Below are positions 38,205 through 56,709 of a DNA stretch of 64,000 nucleotides, one piece after another. This DNA is from Trichoplax adhaerens (taxonomy: Eukaryota; Animalia; Placozoa). Each line of letters opens with the position of its first letter. The stretch's first letter is position 1. Made by a program: the position numbers and the translations under genes. The notes below the pieces were generated by a model. It had not been told where the DNA came from, searched no databases, and saw only the letters and a program-made list of their open reading frames with translations. The stretch is from NCBI RefSeq assembly GCF_000150275.1, contig NW_002060951.1, forward strand, positions 2,848,580 through 2,912,579, in the 5' to 3' direction.

Positions 38205-38400
38205 CCATGGTACTGTACAGTATGCTGTTCTGTACTGTACTGTACAGTGTACTGTACACTGCACAGTACGTTGTGTTCAACCGTACAAGGTGTACACTGT
38301 ACAGTACAGTAAGTCTTTCCCGGTGATTACTGTACAGTACAGTACTGTACTGTACTGTTCTGTACAATAATATACTGTACAGTACAGTACTGTACAGTAT
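38205..38400. repeat. CAGTA/TACTG array, distal upstream of SERCA
   Basis: Pentamer runs followed by a GC-rich patch (38400-38450), an A-rich tract, and a perfect AG|GTAAGT donor at 38621. Confidence 0.85.
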
Positions 38401-39617
38401 GACGTGGACAGTCACGACCCCGGACGCCCAGTGGACCCTGATCATACCCTGTTGACAGTAAAAGAAAAAGAAAAGAAAGGAAAAAACGACCGCAGTAAAA
38501 CAGTGCTTGCCAGTTGCCACGCTTAATCTAGACTCTTTGAATTTCAGCTCATTTTTTGGCTCATTTCAGAAGTACAACAGCCGACAAGTATACGTTTTAC
38601 GTCTACTGTATTTATCGTAGGTAAGTTGCATCTGAGAAATATTTTATTTTAAGCCAATACACAGCATCTGCCACGGATTTTTATTTAATTTATTAATGAA
38701 AGATTTGATCATGAATTCATGATGCATTACAGTAAATTTACAAGTGTACAGTAGTACTGAGTACTGTATACAGTACACTAGTAGTGTGTGTATGTATAAT
38801 AATATATATATATATATATATCTAGTACGATACATTATAATACTAATCTCATCATGCTTTGTGCACTAGCTGTAGCTGTAACTGCAGACTGCACTACACT
38901 GCAGTATTCGAAATGAAGAACACTTTTTAACAATGTAATATTGTACTGTCGCATAGACATAGTGTGTATAATATCATATAGTACTACTGTACAGTACTCG
39001 TTGCATATCAGTTCTTATATTAAGATACAGTATAGAGTAATAGAGGTAAAAAAATTATCCTTGATTCGATTGATTTTACTTTCATGGTTCTTAGCATTGT
39101 TTCAACAGTAATATCCTAGCTGTAATATCCGACTTCTACAGTTTTTATAGACTTTTATAGTATTAACTGTTCATACCATAATTAGAGCGCAAATTGACGC
39201 TAAGCGATTTCCAATCATAATACGCGTAAATTATTGCCTACTGCTTCGTAGCTATTAAATTATAATAGAAAGTAAATGGGATCAACAGTAATATCCGACT
39301 CCTGCAATTTTATTGAGTTTCATTCAAGATTGGAACAGAGCAGTAGGCAATGTGCCTTTGTGATACAGCTGTTACTGTTTTGATATCTTGTTTATAACTA
39401 GATAGAAAAGTGACTACTTAATTAGTTAGCTTTAGACAACCAATTTTCATTTATTGTACTATAGTACAGTAGTTGGCGCTTGCTGAAGCCTACAAATCTT
39501 GCAGATTAGTACAAATACGGTACGCCTAGAGACCGTACCGCCGTAAATGTCACAGCTATAGCCATTTTTACTATACCGTAGTTAAGTTCAATAAGAGAAT
39601 TTCTCTTATTAAATAAA

Positions 39618-40210
39618 TATACTGTACAATACTGTACTGTACAGTACATACAGTATACAGTAAGGGTTAAGTGATGCTGTGTTTTGACTGATGCAAGAAT
39701 AGGACAAGTCATATGCTCGATGGGAAGCGACAGTGATAATCTACAGATTTAAAAGGGACAAGTACAGTACTGTACAGTACAGTGTACAGTATGTAGTGTT
39801 ACTACTAACTACAGTACAGTACTACAGTAAGTACTAGCGTCGGGTGCTCTTTCCGTAAAAGCGTGTTAAGTGTGGAGCTAAAACAAAGGTGCATCATGTG
39901 CACTGTAGTCATATTACAGTGCTCTGTATACAGTATTAACGAGTGGGGGGGGGGGTTCTATACACAGATCTAATAACTGTGTATCTACTTATAGTACAGC
40001 ACTGTGTACTGTAGAACAGAGAAAAAAACCTCTACAGTACAGTACAGTACAGTATGCATCTACAGTACACACTGTACAGTGTACAGTACAGTACAGTACT
40101 GTACTGACAGTGAATACTGTACTGTACTGAGAAAGAAGGCGGAATGCAATAACAGGCTTTTTTGAAAATTTCAGTGTACTGTACTGTACTGTACTGTACT
40201 GTACATGTAC
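39618..40210. repeat. CAGTA/TACTG array, proximal upstream of SERCA
   Basis: Several pentamer runs in both orientations ending ~180 bp before the SERCA ATG. Confidence 0.85.
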
Positions 40211-40392
40211 GGTGGTAATCAGTTTTTACGGTTAAACTAAGTGTCATAAAAACGGGAAAACTACTGATGTACTGGACTTTACCACTAGCGCGTCGGCCTA
40301 TTTCTGTTCTTTCATTGTAGTAGTTTAATTGCGATTCTACTAATAATAACTAATAGATCCCCTTGTTACTTGTTAGTATAAATTTTTCGAAC

Positions 40393-47221
<6,829 letters not shown>

Positions 47222-48988
47222 CTTATCGATATGATTGTAGGATTGCAGGTTATATTTTACAACACTAAGCAGTATCAGCGAAACTATTTATAAACATCTT
47301 TGGTTCCGCTTATAGTTTGTACCAATTTGTGGTCTGAATATTTCCTTGAACATTTTTTATTGTATTCGTCGTAATTGCCATTGCTCTTATTAGTTGATTT
47401 CAGATTGTATGTGAAATTCATATCTAATTGCTTATTCTGCTTGTTGAACTGTTAAAAGTATTTGGTGTTGATACTTTGAAACCGCGATTCTGTTCCTTTC
47501 TAATATTCTTCGTTATTGAATAATAATTAATGGTCTTTTAGTGTCTCACTGTAACAGTTCGATCAGTACCATTTGCATGTAAAGATCAGCTCTTATTTTG
47601 TTTCGTATCTTTGTTAAGATTCAGTATATAGTGTCTAGCCAAATCTGACTCCTCCGGATGTGCATTTAAATACTTATTTTGGTATCACATTATCTATTAC
47701 TCAGCAAGAGATTTAACCTTTTCTCTTCAGTTACTTAATGTATGGTAAATTATTCGTCGTCTTGCATTGATATAAATGTAAATTTGTAAGAGGTTAGTTG
47801 GCTATTTTTTAGTACCACCTGGTATAATCGTGAGTGATATTTTACTTTGTATTTTACTGACAAAGTGGCTTTCTGGGCTACTTGTAACGATACTATCAGC
47901 TGTATTACTCTGTTGGATAACTTTAGCAATGTCCATCAGGTGATCGGTGAACGAAAAATTGCGTTTTACGTACTATAGTGGGAGATTATGCAAGAATCTC
48001 CGTTTGGTCTCAATAATTCAACTTCTCTATGCTTCGAATCATTTCTAATACATCGGCTAAAGTATATAGAACAGATGAGAATTGCAAGAGATAATACGCG
48101 TATGATTGCATACCTATTTGTAGGTGTTTACATCTTTGATTTAATATCATAAGTACGTTAGATTGCCCACACGTATACTACGTTGCGTACGAATTATTAC
48201 TAGGTTCAGGAAAATATGGAGTTGGTAATATCGAACAGTTTATAGGATATAGGTGAATATTTTAGGTCTATTTTCTTGGATAAACGAAATTTATTAATAA
48301 AGTGGTGTCACAGGGTAGTACAATTTACATGTTCATTTTGAAATTCTTCGTTTCGCATGAGTCGATCACGTGCATCTTCGTATGGACAGTAGATTTTCAA
48401 CTAGGTCAGAGACGTACCATTTGACTTTGTTAGAAAATTTATGAGCATACTGCACGGTATATGTTCATCATAACATCCATAATTTAACGGGTCGCTAAAA
48501 TAATCGTATCCTTACCGACCCTTTTTACACATAAAGGTAACTTTAGGATTGTTACTTATTGTATTTCCGGCTCATTAACTTACTAAAGACTCTGAGCCAG
48601 TTCGATGCAATTGTAAGATGATTTGTTACTGGTTATTAATTAGATTTCTTTCTTTGATCCCAAATCTTTCAAAATACCTTGATTTTATTTTAAGATCTTG
48701 TAATTTTTTACTATTAAAAGATATGATAAAAACTTTGATTATCTTAGTAGTAATCTACAACTCTAATTTAGAGATAAAAATGCCGGAAATGGTCGTGTAA
48801 TGTAATATATGAATGTGATATTCAACTCATACACCGATATTAAGAAATAAAATAGCCAATAAGATACTGTAGCATACAATTGTTGAGCGAAACTTTTGAT
48901 ATATTTGCAAATATGCTGTAAATAAATAATTAAACCACTAATTACAGTATAGTGTAATTGGTAGCCCATATCAAATGTGAAGGGGATA

Positions 48989-49864
48989 TTACCAATCTTC
49001 TTCGATGTAGTCTTCTGGTATGAACTTTAAATTGTCGTAAGTTTTGCCGGTTCGGCTTTTGCGTTCAAGAAATGTGGCAATGGTCCCCCTTGGAGGTAGT
49101 GCTATGCTCCGTTTCGAATTTGGCTTTTCTATCTTTAGTAGTTCTCGGATATTTTTCGTGATTATCTGCAATATTTAAATCACTCATAGCGTAAGTTTAC
49201 GGCTTTCAAAAATTAATCAATTTACTAAAACGATCTAAATCATAGTAGATGTTGGAATTAGTAACATTAAAGAATAACATACAATACCTTGATATGATCA
49301 AAGTCCGTGATTCCCATTTTTGGTAAGGTTGAGGCATCTACTGCTATTAAATTTCTCCCTTTTATTTCATTCTGCAAGAATGTTTTTCTACGTATGGATA
49401 GAGGTTAACTTAAGGATCAAGTAGCAAACAAAAGAACGTTGACATTTTTATTGGTTAATCGATACTAATAGTAGATTGAAAGATTTAACTTTATTACGTA
49501 GCTGTTGCTCATCTAAATTTGGTTCCTTAAGCTACGATACCTTTCTTGTTATGGTAAAGGAAAATCGAGTTAAATTTCGCAATGTATATTGCTATAAGCA
49601 CGATTTTGTTACCGTTTTGCAATTACAGTATCAGGGTTATTACACTTTATTGAAGTATATGGTACAGTAGCAGTATATTTCTATGCAGTTAAGCAATAAA
49701 TTATTTGATTTAAGTATGGAAAATTAAACATGTAATATTGAGGGGATTAAGCATTTTATATACCTATACTGCTTAAATCCGATATTTTCTATGAAGTCTG
49801 CGACTGCTTCCGCTTGCCAATTGATACAGGAAGGTATGCCGTATTCATTTTCTATCCCTGCCAT
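48989..49864 (-). CDS. SAMD15: SAM-domain protein, SAMD15-like (exons 49864-49764, 49387-49288, 49165-48989)
   Basis: W..EAVADFIENIGFKQYR/KTFLQNEIKGRNLIAVDASTLPKMGITDFDHIK/IITKNIRELLKIEKPNSKRSIALPPR..IATFLERKSRTG: a SAM domain followed by the RSI.LP..FLE.K..TG extension that I recognise from SAMD15. Confidence 0.82.
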
Positions 49865-50539
49865 ACTGACGAAAATTGAAAGCGAATTTATTCAGGTCTC
49901 ATCCACAAGAAAGTGCATATTAAGAACTTCAGAATGATCCTTAATTTATTTAATTTGATGAATTTGTTTCATGGTATTTAAAATTACTTGTCGTTTAATT
50001 ATATACCACATTATTAATTGATTTATCGTCTAATTAATACACTAAATAATAATAATGTATACTGTATAGCATAATGCATTAGCTTCCATAGAAAATATAA
50101 TAGTATTAGTTAATAATTGTTTTAAATGCGGGATCATCTAGTTTCATATCGATGTATTACGTAATGTACGGTGTACTTCACCGAATTAGCGAGGCAGAAG
50201 ACTTATGATATTCTCATTGGTAACGATTTGTTGAATTTACAGTAGATAATAAATATATCAATTAATTACTTCGTGATTTACTGGCCGATGACCCCTTCAC
50301 TTCGTTTACATGGAATATACATACCTTAATCGTTAGTAAGAAATTAGCCCACCACTTACAGATCTACACTACTACATAAATATTAAGGCTTAACCACCAA
50401 CTTCGGGAACAGTTGACAATGTATCAAGTAAACTAGCAAATGTACTTGTTATTATATTGAATAGTTTAACTAATTAATTTAATTTTAAATGGTGTGCAAT
50501 AGTAAATTCGCGGAATAAACCATCGACAGGTGTAACACT

Positions 50540-51480
50540 GAGTGTACTGTACAGTACATGAAATATTTATAATAGCATTATTAAATACCCTAAAAACCCT
50601 AACGCGATACAGTATCTTAGTTTCGCTGCTAGGCAACGGCATACAGTAAGTTCAAAATGTCCAAGAGCTTGGACTACTGTACAGTACACTGTACAGTGCA
50701 CTGTGTACTGTGTACTGTACAGTACAGAGCGTGTTTATTTGTTTTCAGACAGAAAAAGGGGGAAAATATAACTTTAAAGTTTAAACTAATGTAAAAAAAT
50801 GTACTTTATACCAAGATGTAGCTAGAGAGCTAAATTTTTTTTATAGATGTTGGTAGAATTACGCTATTAGTAATACCCATTACAAAATATCGGTTTAAGG
50901 ACAAAATCTACTACAGTAATCTGAAAAATTAATAAACACACCGCTACAGTACAATAATGACCTACTGTACTGTATATCATGGACTACTAAAAGAAAACCT
51001 AGACCCACACGTCTCGTGGTAGCCGTACTGCATACAGTACATTAGCACGTCTAGATCAGAACCCTTTCTTTGCGTATCTAAAGTTTATACTAACTCAGAG
51101 CAATAAAACTTCTCTTTTTCTAAAATAGCTCTACGTATAGTGTAATAAAAGTAAAAAATTATTATTCCATCGACTATACAGTACGATATACATGTATAAA
51201 CTACAGTACACGCCTTTCTTACGGTGGCGGGTGGCCCAGAACGGCCACAGCAGCAACTGTAAAATGAAGCCCGTAAAATATAAAATATAACGGTACTGGA
51301 AAGAAATAGAGTACTGTACTGTACAGTATTACTGTACATAGCGGAGGAGCAGAGGAACAGATACGTACTGTACAGTTAGAGCCGTGCACTGTGGATCATT
51401 GGCCCTTCTACTGTACTGTACAGTGTACAGTACAGTAGGTCACCGTAGATATCTACAGTACAGTACTGCATACTGAACTG
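50540..51480. repeat. Dispersed CAGTA/TACTG array between SAMD15-like (-) and the DnaJ pseudogene (+)
   Basis: Pentamer clusters at ~50543, 50673-50727, 50945-50975 and 51310-51480. Confidence 0.8.
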
Positions 51481-52014
51481 TAGAATATTTATTTCTGTTA
51501 CGTGATCTGCATGAGTATCGAAGATGTTACGGAGAGTGAGACAGCGGTTGCACAAACGGGAACTACTGCAGCCTACTAACGTAATTAATTCTGAATGATA
51601 ACAAGAGTTTGACAGTAGGGTAAAAGCCATCCAGTTAGTTTCAGTTATTAACCTGGATAGCATAAGTTATTGCTTACAGAATTTGTGATTTGTGAGCTAT
51701 ACACTTAATTTTCTTGTTTCACAGAATAAAAAAATTTAATTTAAATAATCGATCTGTCAAACGACTTGTTCCTCCATTACTAAGTCAGAGAAATCATATG
51801 ATATTGCAGAATGTTACAGTGTGGTACGTCAAGACCAGATGTGCGCATACGTATTCGATAATAGACAGCTAATTGGAGCATTAAAGGAGGATTTCTCTTA
51901 TTGCTGAGGAATTACTTCGTTACATAATAAAAAATTATTTCATCCACAAGAGAATTACAGTATATTGTTGTATTGATAGCATTAGACCGGGTCTTGTAAA
52001 ATTTTATTTTTGAA

Positions 52015-52650
52015 ATGAAATGGATAACTTATAGTTATCAAACTGGCACCTGTTCAGTTATTGTTAATGATTTAAGAGGAGCCTTAACTGAAAGTGGTAC
52101 GTATAAATCTAATGTAGCTTCAATATGCCATATTTCTCTTCAACGATTACATTCAACAGAGATAATTAAAGTGAATCACTCAAATTACTATTACGTGCTT
52201 GGCATATCACCTATCGCAACTCAAGGTTAGATCAAAGCTTCTTATTGTCACCTTTGTAAAAAGTATCACTAGACATAATCGGTAATTGCCTGGTAGATCA
52301 TAATAAATTTACCGAAATAACGGCGCATTCAGTTTTAGCTTCTGTCGAATTGCATCGAAAGTATGGCAGAAGTATGGTGGTAGAACATGGGTATCTGGTG
52401 CATTCTACAGGTTCAAAAAACAATCCTCAACCATACACATATTCAAGCAGACGGTTTTATCGATCTCCTGGAGCTGACTACCATATGCTAATGCTAATAC
52501 GTTGAAAAGGAATCATCAATCAGCAAGTGCGGCAAAGAAGCAACGGAGCGAATTTATCAAGTTATAGCTGTTAGAGAACATCGGAGATCAATTTGGACGG
52601 TTATGCTACTAATTATAATCTTAACTCCTATATTGACCCGTATAGGTTAA
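52015..52650 (+). pseudogene. Decayed J-domain gene, DNAJC30-like
   Basis: NYYYVLGISPIATQG*IKASYCHLCKKYH, then a frameshift at the HPD motif, then IGNCLVDHNKFTEITAHSVLASVELHRKYGR, then a hydrophobic end IWTVMLLIIILTPIL. Contains stops and indels; no intron seen. Confidence 0.7.
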
Positions 52651-54000
52651 ATCTGACTTGATTAAAAATTAGCAATGATTTGGTGACTTTATAAAGTAGT
52701 TCATTACAGTACTTTGTAAAGTTACTAGCTCAGTAAACTTGACCTGGCATACACACGTATTTTCAAGACAAAGAGTCTGATGCTGCTATTATTATTATTG
52801 TCGTGATTGTTACACCGTTAACGCCATACAGTAATACAGAAACTGACCTTCGTTGAATCCATGTTACGCAAGATATTAATGAATCGGAAATTTAATCTCA
52901 TCTTCTGACCTATACTTTCCACAATGCGAACTGTATAAATACGTCATTTTTATAGCGCAGGTAGTTGTTCGTCATTACTGCAAGCTTACAATACGCTTAT
53001 ATTCAAAATGTAAAAACTGAACATATCAAAGAAGTAATACTTATATCTTTGCATTGAATGAAACTAAAGGAGTTGTCTTGAGCATTTGAAGTGTGTTGTA
53101 AATGTACATTTAACGTACCAAATGAAAGCTTTTATGTTTTGTAAGCTACCTATATACTGCAGATTGATCCGATTATAGTATACGCTACGGTATGGTATTG
53201 ATTACTAGTACAGTACTTGCAAAGTATTTAATTAAGTATTTATTTACGTGCAGTACACTACATTATTCAGCAATTCAGTTCGCAAAGCAGTTCACACGTT
53301 AAAGCTGAGGAATTGATGCTAATATTTCTCTTTCGATTTCTACGCAATTACATGCAGAATCAAGCATTCTTTCTGATGGTTATCAATTTCAAGTTCTACA
53401 ATAAAATTGTAACCACTACAATATACGTATACTTCTTTAATGCTAGGTGTATTTGATAGAAAATGCCATAATCATTTTCCTAATATGAGGATAATTTGTG
53501 AATAATAATTATAATGAATTAGATATATATTTTAATGCAATTTGCTGTTATCGGAGATTTAAAGCATGTATGCCATATATTTCCGCAAAATAAGCTGAGC
53601 ACTTATCAAAATTAGTTGAATTGAAATTATAAATACATCAAACTGCGAATAAAACTCTAAACGTGTATTCCAGAAAATTTTTTACAAAAATTCATAATGT
53701 ACTGTATGATCGAAGCTTAATTCGAAATTTTTAGCAGCAGCGTGACTGAATAGTGGAAAAAATACTATATCGAGGTACTGTTTAATATTTACTCATTATA
53801 CCAGTTAATGAAATGTGAAATGACTAACTTGATATCAAGTATTATAATATGAGGGTGCAATCCGGTACACTACTGCTTGGTACAAATACGATACTTGAGA
53901 AGTGATGAAACGACGTTTAATTGCAGAGGTCAGATCTTTACCTAAACATTTATTATTATTGTGAAGAGTAAATTAGTGTATATCAGCCGTCATTTATACT

Positions 54001-55659
54001 CTAATATTCAAAGGGAATCATCGACAAGTAATCCTGCCACAAAATTACGAAACGGTAATCTACGTACCAATTAGCCTGAGAACCACTTTGGGAGATAATA
54101 TTTATTAAATTCTCAGATTTTGCTATCCGTAAGTGGGCTTCTTTTCGCTTTTCTAAGAATTCATTGACGAAATTTTCAACAGATATCTTCCTATCCATAA
54201 ATTCATCTGCTAGCGTCTATCAAGATTTACGCAGAGTTATAAAATACTATTTAATGTAATAGTTAATTATGTAATCCGTGAAGTAAGTAAAGTGTAAAAA
54301 GTCATGGATAAATAAAGCCAATATAATTCTTGTACTGACGTAATCGAATCTGAATGCTGCTAAAGCTTGATTTCAACTCATTACTAGCTTTGAAAGCTTC
54401 CCCTTTAAATTAATTGCTGGATCTATAATTAATTTGTACGCTGGCCATAACTTACTTCTGCTTCTTCTTCATTTTGAGCAACAGATGCTTTCATAAGAGC
54501 AGAGATTGTGTCTAAATCTATACGGTAATTCCCTAGATGTCAATATTAGTTACCAAGTATGAGAGAAATTTTGGATCAAAATCAAAATTGTAATATCAAT
54601 CATCTATTATATATATATATATATATCCATTATTAATTAATAGAGAGTATTACAGTATAACTGCTTTGCCTATAAGCAATAGTATTACCGTTGTAGTAGT
54701 ACAATATCATTAATTAATTTATTATGCATCGCTAGGATTATTATACCGAGAAGTTGTACTTTCTGTGCGTATTCATCGCGTAGTGTTTTGTACTTTTCCA
54801 GAACTTGTTTCAAACTATTGATACGACTCTCAAGGTCGGGTTTCCTTTTTAAGTTGTAGTCGGCTAAGCTTTGATTTCTTGCTGTTGAAGTTTGAATAGT
54901 CGACTTCATTTTCCGAACCTTCAATAATACACGCATAGTATATATTGCAATATAGGATAATACAATAAGGTCGATGCATATAATATGCGCTTACTGTACG
55001 CGTACGTTTAACGCAGCATAAGAATGTAACGCCAAAAACATACAGTATTATGCATAGTACACGTCTATATTCGTAAATTCAAACTGTTCCAGCAATCCTA
55101 ACAGTGTCTCATACAAATCTAAACTAATAATAATTTCATTTGATGGCACAGTAGTACTTTCGTTCGTAAGTTCATCATTTGTTGTTGCATTAAGAAATTG
55201 AAAGTAATGTCAGAGTCCTTGCTAATGTAACATAGACTGTAGCGTAGGCTCATTGTACGTGTATAAAAAAGTTATTTTGGTTTTATAAAAATATACAATT
55301 TTAAAGGTAGATGTAAGCATTAACAATGTTGTAAATTCCCCTAGATTTAAAATCGATGTACTGTATATAACATACTATAATAACAAACTTACCTGATCTG
55401 ATTCACCAATCATAGAAATTATCTTACTTTCATTGTGTAAAAGGGTTTGAAGGTCGTCGGAAGTTTTACCGCGTAATATTCCCAAAAATGTGGAAATATC
55501 TGATGAAACGTCAATCGGGGGATTATTTAGACGCGTTGACGAGTAATGACTTTGTGGAATTACGGGCATAGGCATAGCATGAACGTCTGACTGAGCTGGT
55601 GGATAGCCTGGATATGAAGGCGGGTGATGATTGGCAGAACCAGTATTTCCGCTATACAT
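54001..55659 (-). CDS. VPS37: ESCRT-I subunit VPS37 family, Mod(r) domain (exons 55659-55393, 54918-54747, 54532-54456, 54216-54001)
   Basis: L.GKTSDDLQTLLHNE...NQSLADYNLKRKPDLE...LMKASVAQNEEEAE/TLADEFMDRKISVENFVNEFLEKRKEAHLRIAKSE matches the Mod(r) pattern. The 3' end could splice further at a GT near 54067. Confidence 0.88.
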
Positions 55660-55939
55660 TGCAAAAGCTGCGTATGTAAGATCGATCGCTGTCTTTGAAG
55701 GTAGTATGTCTAAACGAATAACATAAAATAAAATAAAATAATAAAAAGAATAATGTACTGTACAGTAATATCAAATATATAATATTCATGCGATTGTGCG
55801 TGTTCCACTTACAATTATATACGTTTCGCAATACTGTAGTAATAAAGTAGTTGAAACTTGACTCAGCTGGCTTGGTCAGTAGTATTAACTGAAAAAGGCA
55901 TAAAATTAAAAAATTTTATTTGTTAGCTTGCGGTTCCAT

Positions 55940-56595
55940 CGTATCTACTGTACTGTACTGTACTGTACAGTACGGTTGTGTGCTAAGAACTGTACACTCA
56001 GTGTACAGTACAATACAGTACTGTACGGTACAAATTACAGGTTCTCGGGCGTGGCGGGTTTGTACAATGTACCCTGTACAGTACTGTACAGTGTACAGTA
56101 CAATGCGATACAGTACATATTGTACACTACAGTATGCTGTACTGTGAACTACAGTACTATATACTGTACTTTAGTTCGTTAAGTAAACCAAAGTTTCGTT
56201 TCGCCTTTGAAATCAGTTACTGAATGTAGAGTACTGTACAGTACATTAGCACATCTTTAGTAAAATTACACCGAAGGTGATCAAAAAATGCCAATACTGT
56301 ACGGTACTATGGAAAAATAAATTAAATTAAATTTTAATTTTAAATTAAATTAAGTATCAGTACAGATACTGAAGCATAGTGAAGTGTTTAAAACAGTTTT
56401 CAGATTTAAGACAATGTGAGGCGAAATGTCCGATCACCCGAGGACCTAGGGCAATGACGTACTGTACTAGTTTTTATGTCACTGTCGTCAGTGTCATTGC
56501 CTTCGTACGTGCTATTTTTACCGTCACCGTCTGAGTCTTCTGGCCCACCGTGGTTATTAATCTACTGTACTGTAGTGTACAGTACAGTACTGTTA
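55940..56595. repeat. CAGTA/TACTG array in the divergent VPS37 / ZNHIT3 promoter
   Basis: Dense runs at 55945-56170 plus smaller clusters up to 56592, between head-to-head ATGs at 55659 (-) and 56710 (+). Confidence 0.88.
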
Positions 56596-56709
56596 GTCCA
56601 TTATTTTTAGTGTGACTTCTTCCTTGGTAGAAACTTTAAAATACGAGAAGTCATAAAGTAAGAGCGACTAAAAATTATAGGTATATGATTGTTGTTGTTT
56701 ATCCTCTGA

